From the human T2T-CHM13v2.0 reference genome, Homo sapiens, in the NCBI RefSeq assembly GCF_009914755.1, contig NC_060928.1: 64,000 bases of DNA. One strand, given 5' to 3'. Of the stretch, positions 1-14,800 are shown piece by piece (positions within the stretch are counted from its first letter, which is position 1; every line of letters starts with the position of its first letter). Both the position numbers and the translations under genes were made by a program. The notes below the pieces were generated by a model, which made no database searches, was not told the origin of the DNA, and saw nothing but the letters and a program-made list of their open reading frames with translations.

Positions 1-2629
1 ATATTTTTTGTACAGTATATAATATATAGTTTGGGTACTTTGTTATTTTATGTATGGTATACAATATATAGTATTGGTATTTTGATATTTCATGTACAGT
101 ATATAGTTTGTGTACTTTGATATTTTATGTACAGATTATTATAAATGTTTGGGTACTTTCATATTTTATGTACAGTATATAATACATAGCTTGGGTACTT
201 TTATTTTATGTACAGTATATAATACATACATTGGGTACTTTGATATTTTATGTACAGTATATAATACATAATTTGGGTACTTTGATATTTTATGTACAGC
301 ATGTAATATATACTATGGGTACTTTGATATTTTATGTACAGTATATAATACACACTTTGGGTACTTTGATATTTTATGTACAGTATATAATACACACTTT
401 GGGTACTTTGATATATTATGTACAGTATATAATACATACTTTGTGTACTGTGATATATTATGTACAGTATATAATACATACTTGTGTACTTTGATATTTT
501 GTGTACAGTGTATAATACACACTTTGTGTACTTTGATACTTTAAGTACAGTATATAATACATATTTTGGGTACTTTGATATTTTATGTACAGTATACAAT
601 ACATACTTTGGGTAGTTTGATATTTTATGTACAGTATATAATACATACTTTAGGTACTTTGATATTTTATGTACAGTATATTATACATACTTTGGGTACT
701 TTGATATTTTATGTACAGTATATAATACATACTTTGGGTACTTTGATATTTTATGTACAGTATGTAATACATACTTTGGGTACTTTCATATTTTATGTAC
801 AGTATAGAATATATAGTTTGGGTGCTTTGATATTTATTTACAGCTGATAATACATACTTGGGGTACTTTCATATTTTATGTACAGTATATAATACATACT
901 TTGGGTACTTTGATATTTTATGTACAGTATACAATATATAGTTTGAGTACTTTAATATTATTTGTCCAGTATAAAATATATAGTTTTGGTACTTTGATAT
1001 TTTATGTACAGTATATAGTTTGAATACTTTGATATTTTATGTACAGTTTATTATAAATGTTTGGGTACTTTCATATTTTATGTACAGTATATAATACATA
1101 GTTTGGGCACTTTGATATTTTATGTACAGTATGTAATACATACTTTGGGTAGTTTGATATTTTATGTACAGTATATTATACATACATTGGTAACTTTGAT
1201 ATATTATGTACCGTATATAATTCATACATTGGGTATGTTGATATTCTGTGTACACTATGTAATACATACCTTGGGTAGTTTGATATTTTATGTACAGTAT
1301 ATAATACATACTTTGGGCACTTTGATATTTTATGTACAGTATACAATACATACTTTGGGTACTTTGATATTTTATGTACAGTATATAATACATACTTTGG
1401 GTACTTTGATATTTTATGTACAGTATATAATGCATACTTTGGGTACTTTGATATTTTATGTACAGTATATAATACTTTGAGTACTTTGATATTTTAAGTA
1501 CAGTATATCATACATACTTTGGGTACTTTAATATTTTATGTACAGTATATAATATATAGTTTGGGTACTTTGATGTTTTATCTACAGCTTATAATACATA
1601 CATTGGGTACTTTGATATTTTATGTACAGTATATAATACATACTTTGGGTACTTTGATATTTTATGTACAGTATATAATATATAGTTTGAGTACTTTGAT
1701 ATTTTATGTCCAGTATAAAATATATAGTTTTGGTACTTTGATATTTTATGTACAGTATATAGTTTGAGTACTTTGATATTTGATGTACAGTTTATTATAA
1801 ATGTTTGTGTACTTTCATATTTTATGTAAAGTATATAATACATACTTTGGGCACTTTGATATTTTATGATCAGTATATAATACATACTTTGGGTACTTTG
1901 ATATTTTATGTACAGTATACTATATATAGTTTGCGTACTTTGTTTTTTTATGTACCGTATGCAATATATAGTATTGGTAATTTCATATTTCATGTACAGT
2001 ATATAGTTTGAGTACTTTGATATTTTATGTACAGTTTATTATAAATGTTTGGGTACTTTCATATTTTATGTACAGTATATAATACATAGCTTGGGTACTT
2101 TTATTTTATGTACGGTATAAAATACATACATTGGGTACTTTGATATTTTATGTACTGTATATAATACACAATTTGGATACTTTGATATTTTATGTACAGT
2201 ATGTAATACATACTTTGGGTACGCTAATATTTTATGTACAGTATATAATACACACTTTGGGTACTTTGATCTTTTATGTACAGTATATAATACACACTTT
2301 GGGTACTTTGATCTTTTATGTACAGTATATAATACATACTTTGGGTACTTTGATATTTTATGTACAGTATATAATACATACTTTGGGTAATTTGATATAT
2401 TATGTACAGTATATAATACATACTTTGGGTACTTTGATATGTTATGTACAGTATATAATACATAATTTGGGTACTTTGATATTTTATGTTCAGTATATAA
2501 TACGTACTTTGTGTACTTTGATACTTTAAGTACAGTATATAATACATACTTTGGGTACTTTGATATTTTATGTACAGTATACAATACATACTTTCGGTAC
2601 ATTGATATTTTATGTACAGTATATAATAC

Positions 2630-5600
2630 ATACTTTGGGTAGTTTGATATTTTATGTATAGTATATAATGCATACTTTGGGTACTTTGATATTTTATGTA
2701 CAGTATATAATACATTTTTTGGGTACTTTGATATTTTATGTACAGTATATAATACATACTTTGGGTACTTTGAGATATTATGTACGGTATATAATACATA
2801 ATTTGGGTACTTTGATATTTTATATACAGTATATAATACATACTTTGTGTACTTTGATACTTTAAGTACAGTATATAATACATACTTTGTGTACTTTGAA
2901 ATTTTATGTACAGTATACAATACATACTTTGGGTACTTTGATATTTTATGTACAGTATATAATACATAGTTTGTGTACTTTGATATTTTATGTACAGTAT
3001 ATTGTTTGAGTAGTTTGATATTTTATGTACAGTTTATTATAAATGGGTACTTTCATATTTTATGTACAGTATATAATACATACTTTGGGCACTTTGATAT
3101 TTTATGTATAGTATGTAATACATACTTTGGTACTTTGATATTTTATGTACAGTATAAAATACATACTTTGGTAACTTTGATATTTTATGTACCGTATATA
3201 AAACATACTTTGGGTATGTTGATATTTTATGTACAGTATATAATACATACTTTGGGTACTTTGATATTTTATGTACAGTATGTAATACATAATTTGTGTA
3301 CTTTAATATTTTATGTATAGTATATAATACATACTTTGGGTACTTTGATATTTTATGTACAGTATATAATACATACATTGGGTACTTTCATATTTCATGT
3401 ACAGTATATAATATATAGTTTGGGTACTTTGGTATATTATGTACTGTATATAATACATACTTTGAGTACTTTGATATTTTTTGTACAGTATATAATACAT
3501 ACTTTGGGTACTTTTATATTTTATGTACAGTATGTAATACATACTTTGGGCACTTTGATATTTTATGTACAGTATATAATACATACCTTGGGTACTTTGA
3601 TATTTTATGTACAGTATAAAATATATAATTTGAGTACTTTGATATTTTATGTCCAGTATAAAATATATAGTTTTCATACTTTGATATTTTATGTACAGAA
3701 TATAGTTTGAGTACTTTGATATTTTATGTACACTTTATTATAAATGTTTAGGTACTTTCCTATTTTATGTACAGTATATAATACATAATTTGGGCACTTT
3801 GATATTTTATGTACAGTATATAATACATACATTGGGTTCTTTGATATTTTATGTAGAGTATATAATACATACTTTGGGTACTTTTATATTTTATGTACAG
3901 TATATAATACATTGGGTAGTTTTATATTTTATGTACAGTATATAATACATACTTTGCATACTTTGATATATTAAGTACAGTATATAATACATACTTTGGG
4001 TACACTGATATATTATGTACAGTATATAATACATGCTTTGGGTACTTTGATATTTTATGTACAGTATATAATACATACTTTGGGTACTTTGATATTTTAT
4101 GTACAGTATATAATATATAGTTTGGGTACTTTGATATTTTATATAGAGTATATAATACATACTTTGGGTACTTTGATATTTTATGTACAGTATATAATAC
4201 ATACTTTGCGTAGTTGGATATTTTATGTACATTATACTATATATAGTTTGGGTACTTTGTTATTTTATGTACGGTATAAAATATATGGTATTGGTATTTT
4301 GATATTTCATGTACAGTATATAGTGTTGAGTATTTTGATATTTTATGTACAGTTTATTATAAATGTTTGGGTACTTTCATATTTTATGTACAGTATATAA
4401 TACATACCTTGGGTACTTTTATTTTATATACAGTATATAATACATACATAGGGTACTTTGATATTTTATGTACAGTATATAATACACAATTGGGGTACTT
4501 TGATATTTTATGTACAGTATGTAATATATACTTTGGGTATTTTGATATTTTATGTACAGTATACAATACACACTTTGGGTACTTTGATATTTTATGTACA
4601 GTATATAGTACACACTTTGTGTACTTTGATATTTTATGTACAGTATATAATACATACTTTGGATACTTTGATATTTTATGTGCAGTATATAATACATACT
4701 TTGGGTACTTTTATATTTTATGTACAGTATATAATACATACTTTGGGTACTTTGATATATTATGTACAGTATATAATACATACTTTGGGTATTTTGATAT
4801 ATTATGTACAGTATATAATATATAGTTTGGGTACTTTGATATTTTATCTACAGCATATAATACATATTTTGGGTACTTTGATATTTTATGTACACTATAT
4901 AATACATAATTTGGGTACTTTGATATTTTATGTACAGTATACAATATATAGTTTCAGTACTTTGATATTTTATGTCCAGTATAAAATATATAATTTTGGT
5001 GTTTTGATATTTTATGTACAGTATATAGTTTGATTACTTTGATATTTTATGTACAGTTTATTATTAATGTTTGGGTTGTTTCATACTTTATGTACAGTAT
5101 TTAATACATACTTTGGGAACTTTGATATTTTATGTACAGTATACAATACATACTTTGGGGACTTTGATATTTTATGTACGGTATATAATACACACTTTGG
5201 GTACTTTGATATTTTATGTACAGTATATAATACACACTTTGGGTACTTTGATATTTTATGTACAGTATGTAATACTTACTTTGGGTACTTTGATATTTTA
5301 TGTGTAGTATATAGTTTGAGTACTGTGATATTTTATGTACAGTTTATTATAAACGGGTATTTTCATATTTTATGTACAGTATATAATACATACTTTGGGC
5401 ACTTTGATATTTTCTATACAGTATATAATACATACTTTGGGTACTTTGATATTTTATGTACAGTATATAATATATAGTGTGGGTACTTAGATATTTTATG
5501 TACAGTATGTAATACATACTTTGGGTACTTTGATATTTTATGTACAGTATATAATACATACTTTGGGTAGTTTGATATTTTATGTACAGTATACTATATA

Positions 5601-6630
5601 TAGTTTGGGTACTTTGCTATTTTATGTACGGTATACAATATATAGTATTGGTAATTTGATATTTCATGTACAGTATATAGTTTGAGTACTTTGATATTTT
5701 ATGTAAAGTTTATTATAAATGTTTGGGTACTTTCATATTTTATGTACAGTATATAATACATAACTTGGACACTTTTATTTTATTTACAGTATGTAATACA
5801 TACTTTGGGTACTTTGATATTTTATGTACAGTATATAATACACACTTTGGGTACTTTGATATTTTATGTACAGTATATAATACACACTTTGGGTATTTTG
5901 ATATTTTATGTACAGTATATAGCACATACTTTGGGTACTTTGATATATTATGTACAGTATATAATACATAGTTTGGGTACTTTGATATTTTATCTACAGT
6001 TTATAATACATACTTTGGGTACTTTGATGTTTTATGTACAGTATATAATACATACTTTGGGTAATTTGATATTTTGTGTACAGAATATAATACATACTTT
6101 GGGTACTTTGATATTTTATGTACAGTATACAATATATAGTTTGAGTACTTTCATATTTTATGTCCAGTATAAAATATATAGTTTTCGTACTTTGATATTT
6201 TATGTACAGAATATAGTTTGAGTACTTCGATATTTTATGTACACTTTATTATAAATGTTTGGGTACTTTCATATTTTATGTACAGTATATAATACATACT
6301 TTGGGCACTTTGATATTTGATGTACAGTATATAATACATTCTTTGGGTACTTTGATATATTATGTACAGTATATAATACATACTTTGGGTACTTTGATAT
6401 TTTATGTACAGTATATAATACATACTTTGGGTACTTTGATACTTTATGTACAGTATATAATACATACTTTGGGTACTTTGATATTTTATGTACAGTATAT
6501 AATACATACTTTGGGCACTTTGATATTTTATGTACACTATACAATACATACTTTGGGTACTTTGATATTTTATGTACAGTATATAATACATACTTTGGGT
6601 ACTTTGATATTTTATGTACAGTATATAATG
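2630..6630. repeat. HSat1A block duplicated (with internal length differences) at about 8790-11800
   Basis: Shared private variants in the same order: actttgaaatttt (about 2892/9050), tatattgtttgagtagttt (about 2998/9156), gtgttgagtatttt (4323/10271), aaacgggtattttc (5351/10921), tatagcacatac (about 5918/11120), gagtacttcgat (about 6220/11422). Boundaries approximate. Confidence 0.8.
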
Positions 6631-8789
6631 CATACTTTGGGTACTTTGATATTTTATGTACAGTATATAATACTTTGGGTACTTTGATATTTTAAGTACA
6701 GTATATCATACATACTTTTGGTACTTTCATATTTTATGTACAGTATATAATATATAGTTTGGGTACTTTGATGTTTTATCTACAGCTTATAATACATACT
6801 TTGGGTACTTTGATATTTTATGTACAGTATATAATACGTACTTTGGGTACTTTGATATTTTAGGTACAGTATACAATATATAGTTTGAGTACTTTGATAT
6901 TTTATGTCCAGTATAAAATATACAGTTTTGGTACTTTGATATTTTATGTACAGTATATAGTTTGAGTACTTTGATATTTGATGTACAGTTTATTATAAAT
7001 GTTTGGGTACTTTCATATTTTATGTAAAGTATATAATACATACTTTGGGCACTTTGATATTTTATGTACAGTATATAATACATACTTTGGGTACTTTGAT
7101 ATTTTATGTATAGTATACTATATGTAGTTTGGGTATTTTGTTATTTTATGTACAGTATACAATATATAGTATTGGTACTTTTATATTTCATGTACAGTAA
7201 ATAGTTTTTGTACTTTGATATTTTATGTACAGTTTATTATTAATGTTTGGGTACTATCATATTTTATGTACAGTATATAATACATAGCTTGAGTACTCTT
7301 ATTTTATGTACAGTATATAATACATACTTTGGGTACTTTGATATTTTATGTACAGTATATAATACACAATTTGGGTACTTTGATATTTTATGTACAGTAT
7401 GTAATATATACTTTGGGTACTTTGATATTTTATGTACAGCATATAATACACACTTTGGGTACTTTTATATTTTATGTACGGTATATAATACATACTTTGT
7501 GTACTTTCATATTTTATGTACAGTATATAATACATACTTTGGGTACCTTGATATTTTATGTACAGTATATAATACATACTTTGGGTACTTTTATATTTTA
7601 TGTACAGTATATAATACATACTTTGGGTACTTTGATATATTATGTACAGTATATAATACATACTTTGGGTACTTTGATATATTATGTACAGTATATAATA
7701 CATAATTCGGGTACTTTGATATTTTATGTACAGTATACGATACATACTTTGTGTACTTTGATACTTTAAGTACAGTATATAATACGTATTTTGGGTACTT
7801 TGATATTTTATGTACAGTATACAATACATACTTTGGGTACTTTGATATTTTACGTACAGAATATAATTCATACTTTGGGTATTTGATATCTTATGTACAG
7901 TATATAATACGTACTTTGGGTACTTTGATATTTTATGTGCACTATATAATACATACTTTGGGTACTTTGATATTTTATGTACAGTATATAATACATACTT
8001 TGGGTACTTTCATATTTTATGTACAGTATATAATATATAGTTTGGGTGCTTTGATATTTTATTTACAGCTTATAATACATACTTTAGGTACTTTCATATT
8101 TTATGTACAGTATATAATACATACTTTGGGTACTTTGATATTTTATGTACAGTATACAATATATAGTTTGAGTACTTTGATATTTTATGTACAGTTTATT
8201 ATAAATGTTTGGGTACTTTCATATTTTATGTACAGTATATAATACATACTTTGGGCACTTTGATATTTTGTGTACAGTATATAATACATACTTTGGGTAC
8301 TTTGATATATTATGTACAGTATATAATACATAATTTGGGTACTTTGATATTTTATGTACAGTACATAATACATACTTTGTGTACTTTGATACTTTATGTA
8401 CAGTATATAATACATACTTTGGGTACTCTTATATTTTATGTATAGTATATAATACATACTTTGGGCACTTTGATATTTTATGTACAGTATAGAATACATA
8501 CTTTGTGAACTTTGATATTTTATGTACAGTATATAATACATACTTTGGGTACTTTGATATTTTATGTACAGTATATAATGCATAGTTTTGGTACTTTGAT
8601 ATTTTATGTACAGTATATAATACTTTGGGTACTTTGATATTTTATGTACAGTATATCATACATACTTTGGGTACATTCATATTTTATGTACAGTATATAA
8701 TATATAGTTTGTGTACTTTGATGTTTTATCTACAGTTTATAATACATACTTTGGGTACTTTGGTATTTTATGTACAGTATATAATACAT

Positions 8790-11700
8790 ACTTTGGGTAG
8801 TTTGATATTTTATGTATAGTATATAATGCATACTTTGGGTACTTTGATATTTTATGTACAGTATATAATACATTTTTTGGGTACTTTGATATTTTATGTA
8901 CAGTATATAATACATACTTTGGGTACTTTGATATATTATGTACAGTATATAATACATAATTTGGGTACTTTGATATTTTATATACAGTATATAATACATA
9001 CTTTGTGTACTTTGATACTTTAAGTACAGTATATAATACATACTTTGTGTACTTTGAAATTTTATGTACAGTATACAATACATACTTTGGGTATTTTGAT
9101 ATTTTATGTACAGTATATAATACATAGTTTGTGTACTTTGATATTTTATGTACAGTATATTGTTTGAGTAGTTTGATATTTTATGTACAGTTTATTATAA
9201 ATGGGTACTTTCATATTTTATGTACAGTATATAATACATACCTTGGGCACTTTGATATTTTATGTACAGTATGTAATACATACTTTGGTACTTTGATATT
9301 TTATGTACAGTATATAATACATACTTTGGTAACTTTGATATTTTATGTACCGTATATAATACATACTTAGGGTATGTTGATATTTTATGTACAGTATATA
9401 ATACATACCCTGGGTACTTTGATATTTTATATACAGTATATAATACATACTTTGGGTACTTTTATATTTTATGTACAGTATGTAATACATACTTTGGGCA
9501 CTTTGATATTTTATGTACAGTATATAATACATACCTTGGGTACTTTGATATTTTATGTACAGTATAAAATATATAATTTGAGTACTTTGATATTTTATGT
9601 CCAGTATAAAATATATAGTTTTCATACTTTGATATTTTATGTACAGATTATAGTTTGAGTACTTTGATATTTTATGTACACTTTATTATAAATGTTTAGG
9701 TACTTTCCTATTTTATGTACAGTATATAATACATAATTTGGGCACTTTGATATTTTATGTACAGTATATAATACATACATTGGGTTCTTTGATATTTTAT
9801 GTACAGTATATAATACATACTTTGGGTACTTTTATATTTTATGTACAGTATATAATACATTGGGTAGTTTTATATTTTATGTACAGTATATAATACATAC
9901 TTTGCATACTTTGATATATTAAGTACAGTATATAATACATACTTTGGGTACATTGATATATTATGTACAGTATATAATACATACTTTGGGTACTTTGATA
10001 TTTTATGTACAGTATATAATACATACTTTGGGTACTTTGATATTTTATGTACAGTATATAATATATAGTTTGGGTACTTTGATATTTTATATAGAGTATA
10101 TAATACATACTTTGGGTACTTTGATATTTTATGTACAGTATATAATACATACTTTGCGTAGTTTGATATTTTATGTACATTATACTATATATAGTTTGGG
10201 TACTTTGTTATTTTATGTACGGTATAAAATATATGGTATTGGTATTTTGATATTTCATGTACAGTATATAGTGTTGAGTATTTTGATATTTTATGTACAG
10301 TTTATTATAAATGTTTGTGTACTTTCATATTTTATGTACAGTATATAATACATACCTTGGGTAGTTTTATTTTATATACAGTATATAATACATACTTTGG
10401 GTACTTTGATATTTTATGTACAGTATATAATATATAGTTTGGGTACTTTGATATTTTATCTACAGCATATAATACATATTTTGGGTAGTTTGATATTTTA
10501 TGTACAGTATATAATACATAATTTGGGTACTTTGATATTTTATGTACAGTATACAATATATAGTTTCAGTACTTTGATATTTTATGTCCAGTATAAAATA
10601 TATAATTTTGGTGCTTTGATATTTTATGTACAGTATATAGTTTGATTACTTTGATATTTTATGTACAGTTTATTATTAATGTTTGGGTAGTTTCATATTT
10701 TATGTACAGTATACAATACATACTTTGGGGACTTTGATATTTTATGTACGGTATATAATACACACTTTGGGTACTTTGATATTTTATGTACAGTATATAA
10801 TACACACTTTGGGTACTTTGATATTTTATGTACAGTATGTAATACTTACTTTGGGTACTTTGATATTTTATGTGTAGTATATAGTTTGAGTACTGTGATA
10901 TTTTATGTATAGTTTATTATAAACGGGTATTTTCATATTTTATGTACAGTATATAATACAAACTTTGGGCACTTTGATATTTTATATACAGTATATAATA
11001 CATACTTTGGGTACTTTGATATTTTATGTACAGTATATAATACACACTTTGGGTACTTTGATATTTTATGTACAGTATATAATACACACTTTGGGTATTT
11101 TGATATTTTATGTACAGTATATAGCACATACTTTGGGTACTTTGATATATTATGTACAGTATATAATACATAGTTTGGGTACTTTGATATTTTATCTACA
11201 GTTTATAATACATACTTTGGGTACTTTGATGTTTTATGTACAGTATATAATACATACTTTGGGTAATTTGATATTTTGTGTACGGAATATAATACATACT
11301 TTGGGTACTTTGATATTTTATGTACAGTATACAATATATAGTTTGAGTACTTTCATATTTTATGTCCAGTATAAAATATATAGTTTTCGTACTTTGATAT
11401 TTTATGTACAGAATATAGTTTGAGTACTTCGATATTTTATGTACACTTTATTATAAATGTTTGGGTACTTTCATATTTTATGTACAGTATATAATACATA
11501 CTTTGGGCACTTTGATATTTGATGTACAGTATATAATACATTCTTTGGGTACTTTGATATATTATGTACAGTATATAATACATACTTTGGTTACTTTGAT
11601 ATTTTATGTACAGTATATAATACATACTTTGGGTACTTTGATACTTTATGTACAGTATATAATACATACTTTGCGTACTTTGATATTTTATGTACAGTAT

Positions 11701-11800
11701 ATAATACATACTTTGGGCACTTTGATATTTTATGTACACTATAGAATACATACTTTGGGTACTTTGATATTTTATGTACAGTATATAATACATACTTTGG
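8790..11800. repeat. Shorter second copy of the 2630-6630 HSat1A block
   Basis: Offset to the first copy steps 6158, 5948, 5612, 5570, 5202, read from matching ORF-track landmarks. Boundaries approximate. Confidence 0.8.
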
Positions 11801-14800
11801 GTACTTTGATATTTTATGTACAGTATATAATACACAATTTGGGTACTTTGATATTTTATGTACAGTATATAATACATACTTTGTGTAGTTTGATATATTA
11901 TGTACAGTATATAATACACAATTTGGGTACTTTGATATTTTATGTACAGTATATAATACAAAATTTGGGTACTTTGATACTTTATGTGCAGTATATAATA
12001 CATACTTTGGGTACTTTGATATTTTATGTATAGTATATAATACATACTATGGGTACGTTTATATTTTATGTGCAGTATATAATACATACTTTTGTTACTT
12101 ATATATATTATGTACAGTATATAGTACATGGTTTGGGTACTTTGATATATTATGTACAGTATATAATACATAATTTGTTTACTCTGATATTTTATGTACA
12201 GTATATAATACATACTTTGTGTACTTTGATACTTTAAGTACAGTATATAATACATACTTTGGGTACTTTGATATTTTATGTACAGTATACAATATATACT
12301 TTGGGTACTTTGATATTTTATGTACAGTATATAATACATAATTTGGGTACTTTGATATTTTATGTACAGTATATAATGCATACTTTGTGTACTTTGATAT
12401 TTTATGTACAGTATATAATACATACTTTGGGTACTTTCATATTTTATGTACAGTATATAATACATACTTTGGGTACTTTCATATTTTATGTAGAGTATAT
12501 AATATATAGTTTGGGTACTTTGGTATATTATGTACTGTATATAATACATACTTTGGGTACTTTGATATTTTATGTACAGTATATAATACATACTTTGGGT
12601 ACTTTGATATTTTATGTACAGTATATAATACACACTATGAGTACTTTGATATTTTGTGTACAGTATGTAATACATACTTTGGGTAATTTGATATTTTATG
12701 TACAGTATATGGTTTTCGTACTTTGATATTTTATGTACAGAATATAGTTTGAGTAATTTGATATTTTATGTACACTTTATTATAAATGTTTTGGTACTTT
12801 CATATTTTATGTACAGTATATAATACATACATTGGGCACTTTGATATTTTATGTACAGTATATAATACATTCTTTGGGTTCTTTGATATTTTATGTACAG
12901 TAGATAATACATACTTTGGGTACTTTTATATTTTATGTACAGTATATAATACATACTTCGGTTACTTTCATATTTTATGTACACTATATAATATATAGTT
13001 TGGGTACCTTGATATTTTATGTACAGTATATAATACATACTTTGGGTACTTTGATATTTTATGTACTGTATATAATACATACTTTGGGTACTTTGATATT
13101 TTATGCACAGTATATAATATATAGTTTGGGTACTTTGATAATTTATGTACAGTATATAACACATAATTTCAGTACTTTTATATTTTATGTAGAGTATACA
13201 ATACATACTTTGGGTACTTTGATATTCTATGTACAGTATATAGTACATACTTTGGGTACTTTGATGTATTATGTACAGTATATAATACTTTGGGTACTTT
13301 GATATTTTATCTACAGTATATAATACATACTTTGGGTACTTTGGTGTTTTATGTACAGTATATAATACATACTTTGGGTACTTTGATATTTTATGTACAG
13401 TATATAATACATACTTTGGGTACTTTGATATTTTCTGTACAGTACACAATATATAGTTTGAGTACTTTGATATTTTATGTCCAGTATAAAATATATAGTT
13501 TTCGTACTTTGATATTTTACGTACAGAATATTGTTTGCGTACTTTGATATTTTATGTACAGTTTATTATAAATGTTTGGGTACTTTCATATTTTATGTAC
13601 AGTATATAATACATACTTTGCATACTTTTATTTTATGTACAGTTTATAATACATAATTTGGGTACTTTGATATTTTATGTACAGTATACTATATATAGAT
13701 TGGGTACTTTGATATTTTATGTATGGTATACAATATATAGTATTGGTACTTTGACATTTCATGTACAGTATGTAGTTTGAGTACTTTGATAGTTTATGTA
13801 CAGTTTATTATAAATGTTTGGGTACTTTCATATTTTATGTACAGTATATAATACATAATTTTGGTACTTTTATTTTATTTACAGTATATAATACATACAT
13901 TGGGTACTTTGATATTTTATGTACAGTATATAATACACAATTTGGTTACTTTGATATTTTTTGTACAGTATGTAATATATACTTTGGGTACTTTGATATT
14001 TTATGTACAGTATATAATACACACTTTGGGTACTTTGATATTTTATGTACAGTATATAATACACACTTTGGGTATTTTGATATTTTATGTACAGTATATA
14101 ATACATACTTTGGGTACTTTGATATTTTATGTACAGTATATAATACATACTTTGGGTACTTTTTTATTTTATGTACACTATATAATACATACTTTGGGTA
14201 CTTAGATATATTATGTACAGTATATAATACATACTTTGGGTACGTTGATATATTATGTACAGTATATAATACGTAATTTGGGTACTTTGATATTTTATGT
14301 ACAGTATATAATACATACTTTGGGTAATTTGATATTTTATGTACAGTATATAATACATACTTTGGGTACTTTCATATTTTATGTACAGAATATAATATAT
14401 AGTTTGGGTACTTTCATATATTATGTACAGTATATAATACACAATTTGGGTACTTTGATATTTTATGTACAGTATATAATACATACTTTGGGTAATTTGA
14501 TATATTATGTACAGTATATAATACATACTTTGGGTATGTTGATATTTTATGTACAGTATATAGTACATACCTTGGGTACTTTGATATTTTATGTACCGTA
14601 TATAATACATACTTTGGGCACTTTGATATTTTATGTACAGTATGTAATACATACCTTGGGTACTTTGATATTTTATGTACAGTATATAATACATACATTG
14701 GGAACTTTGATATTTTATGTACCGTATATAATACATACTTTGGGTATGTTGATATTTTATGTACAGTATGTAGTACATACCTTGGGTACTTTGATATTTT

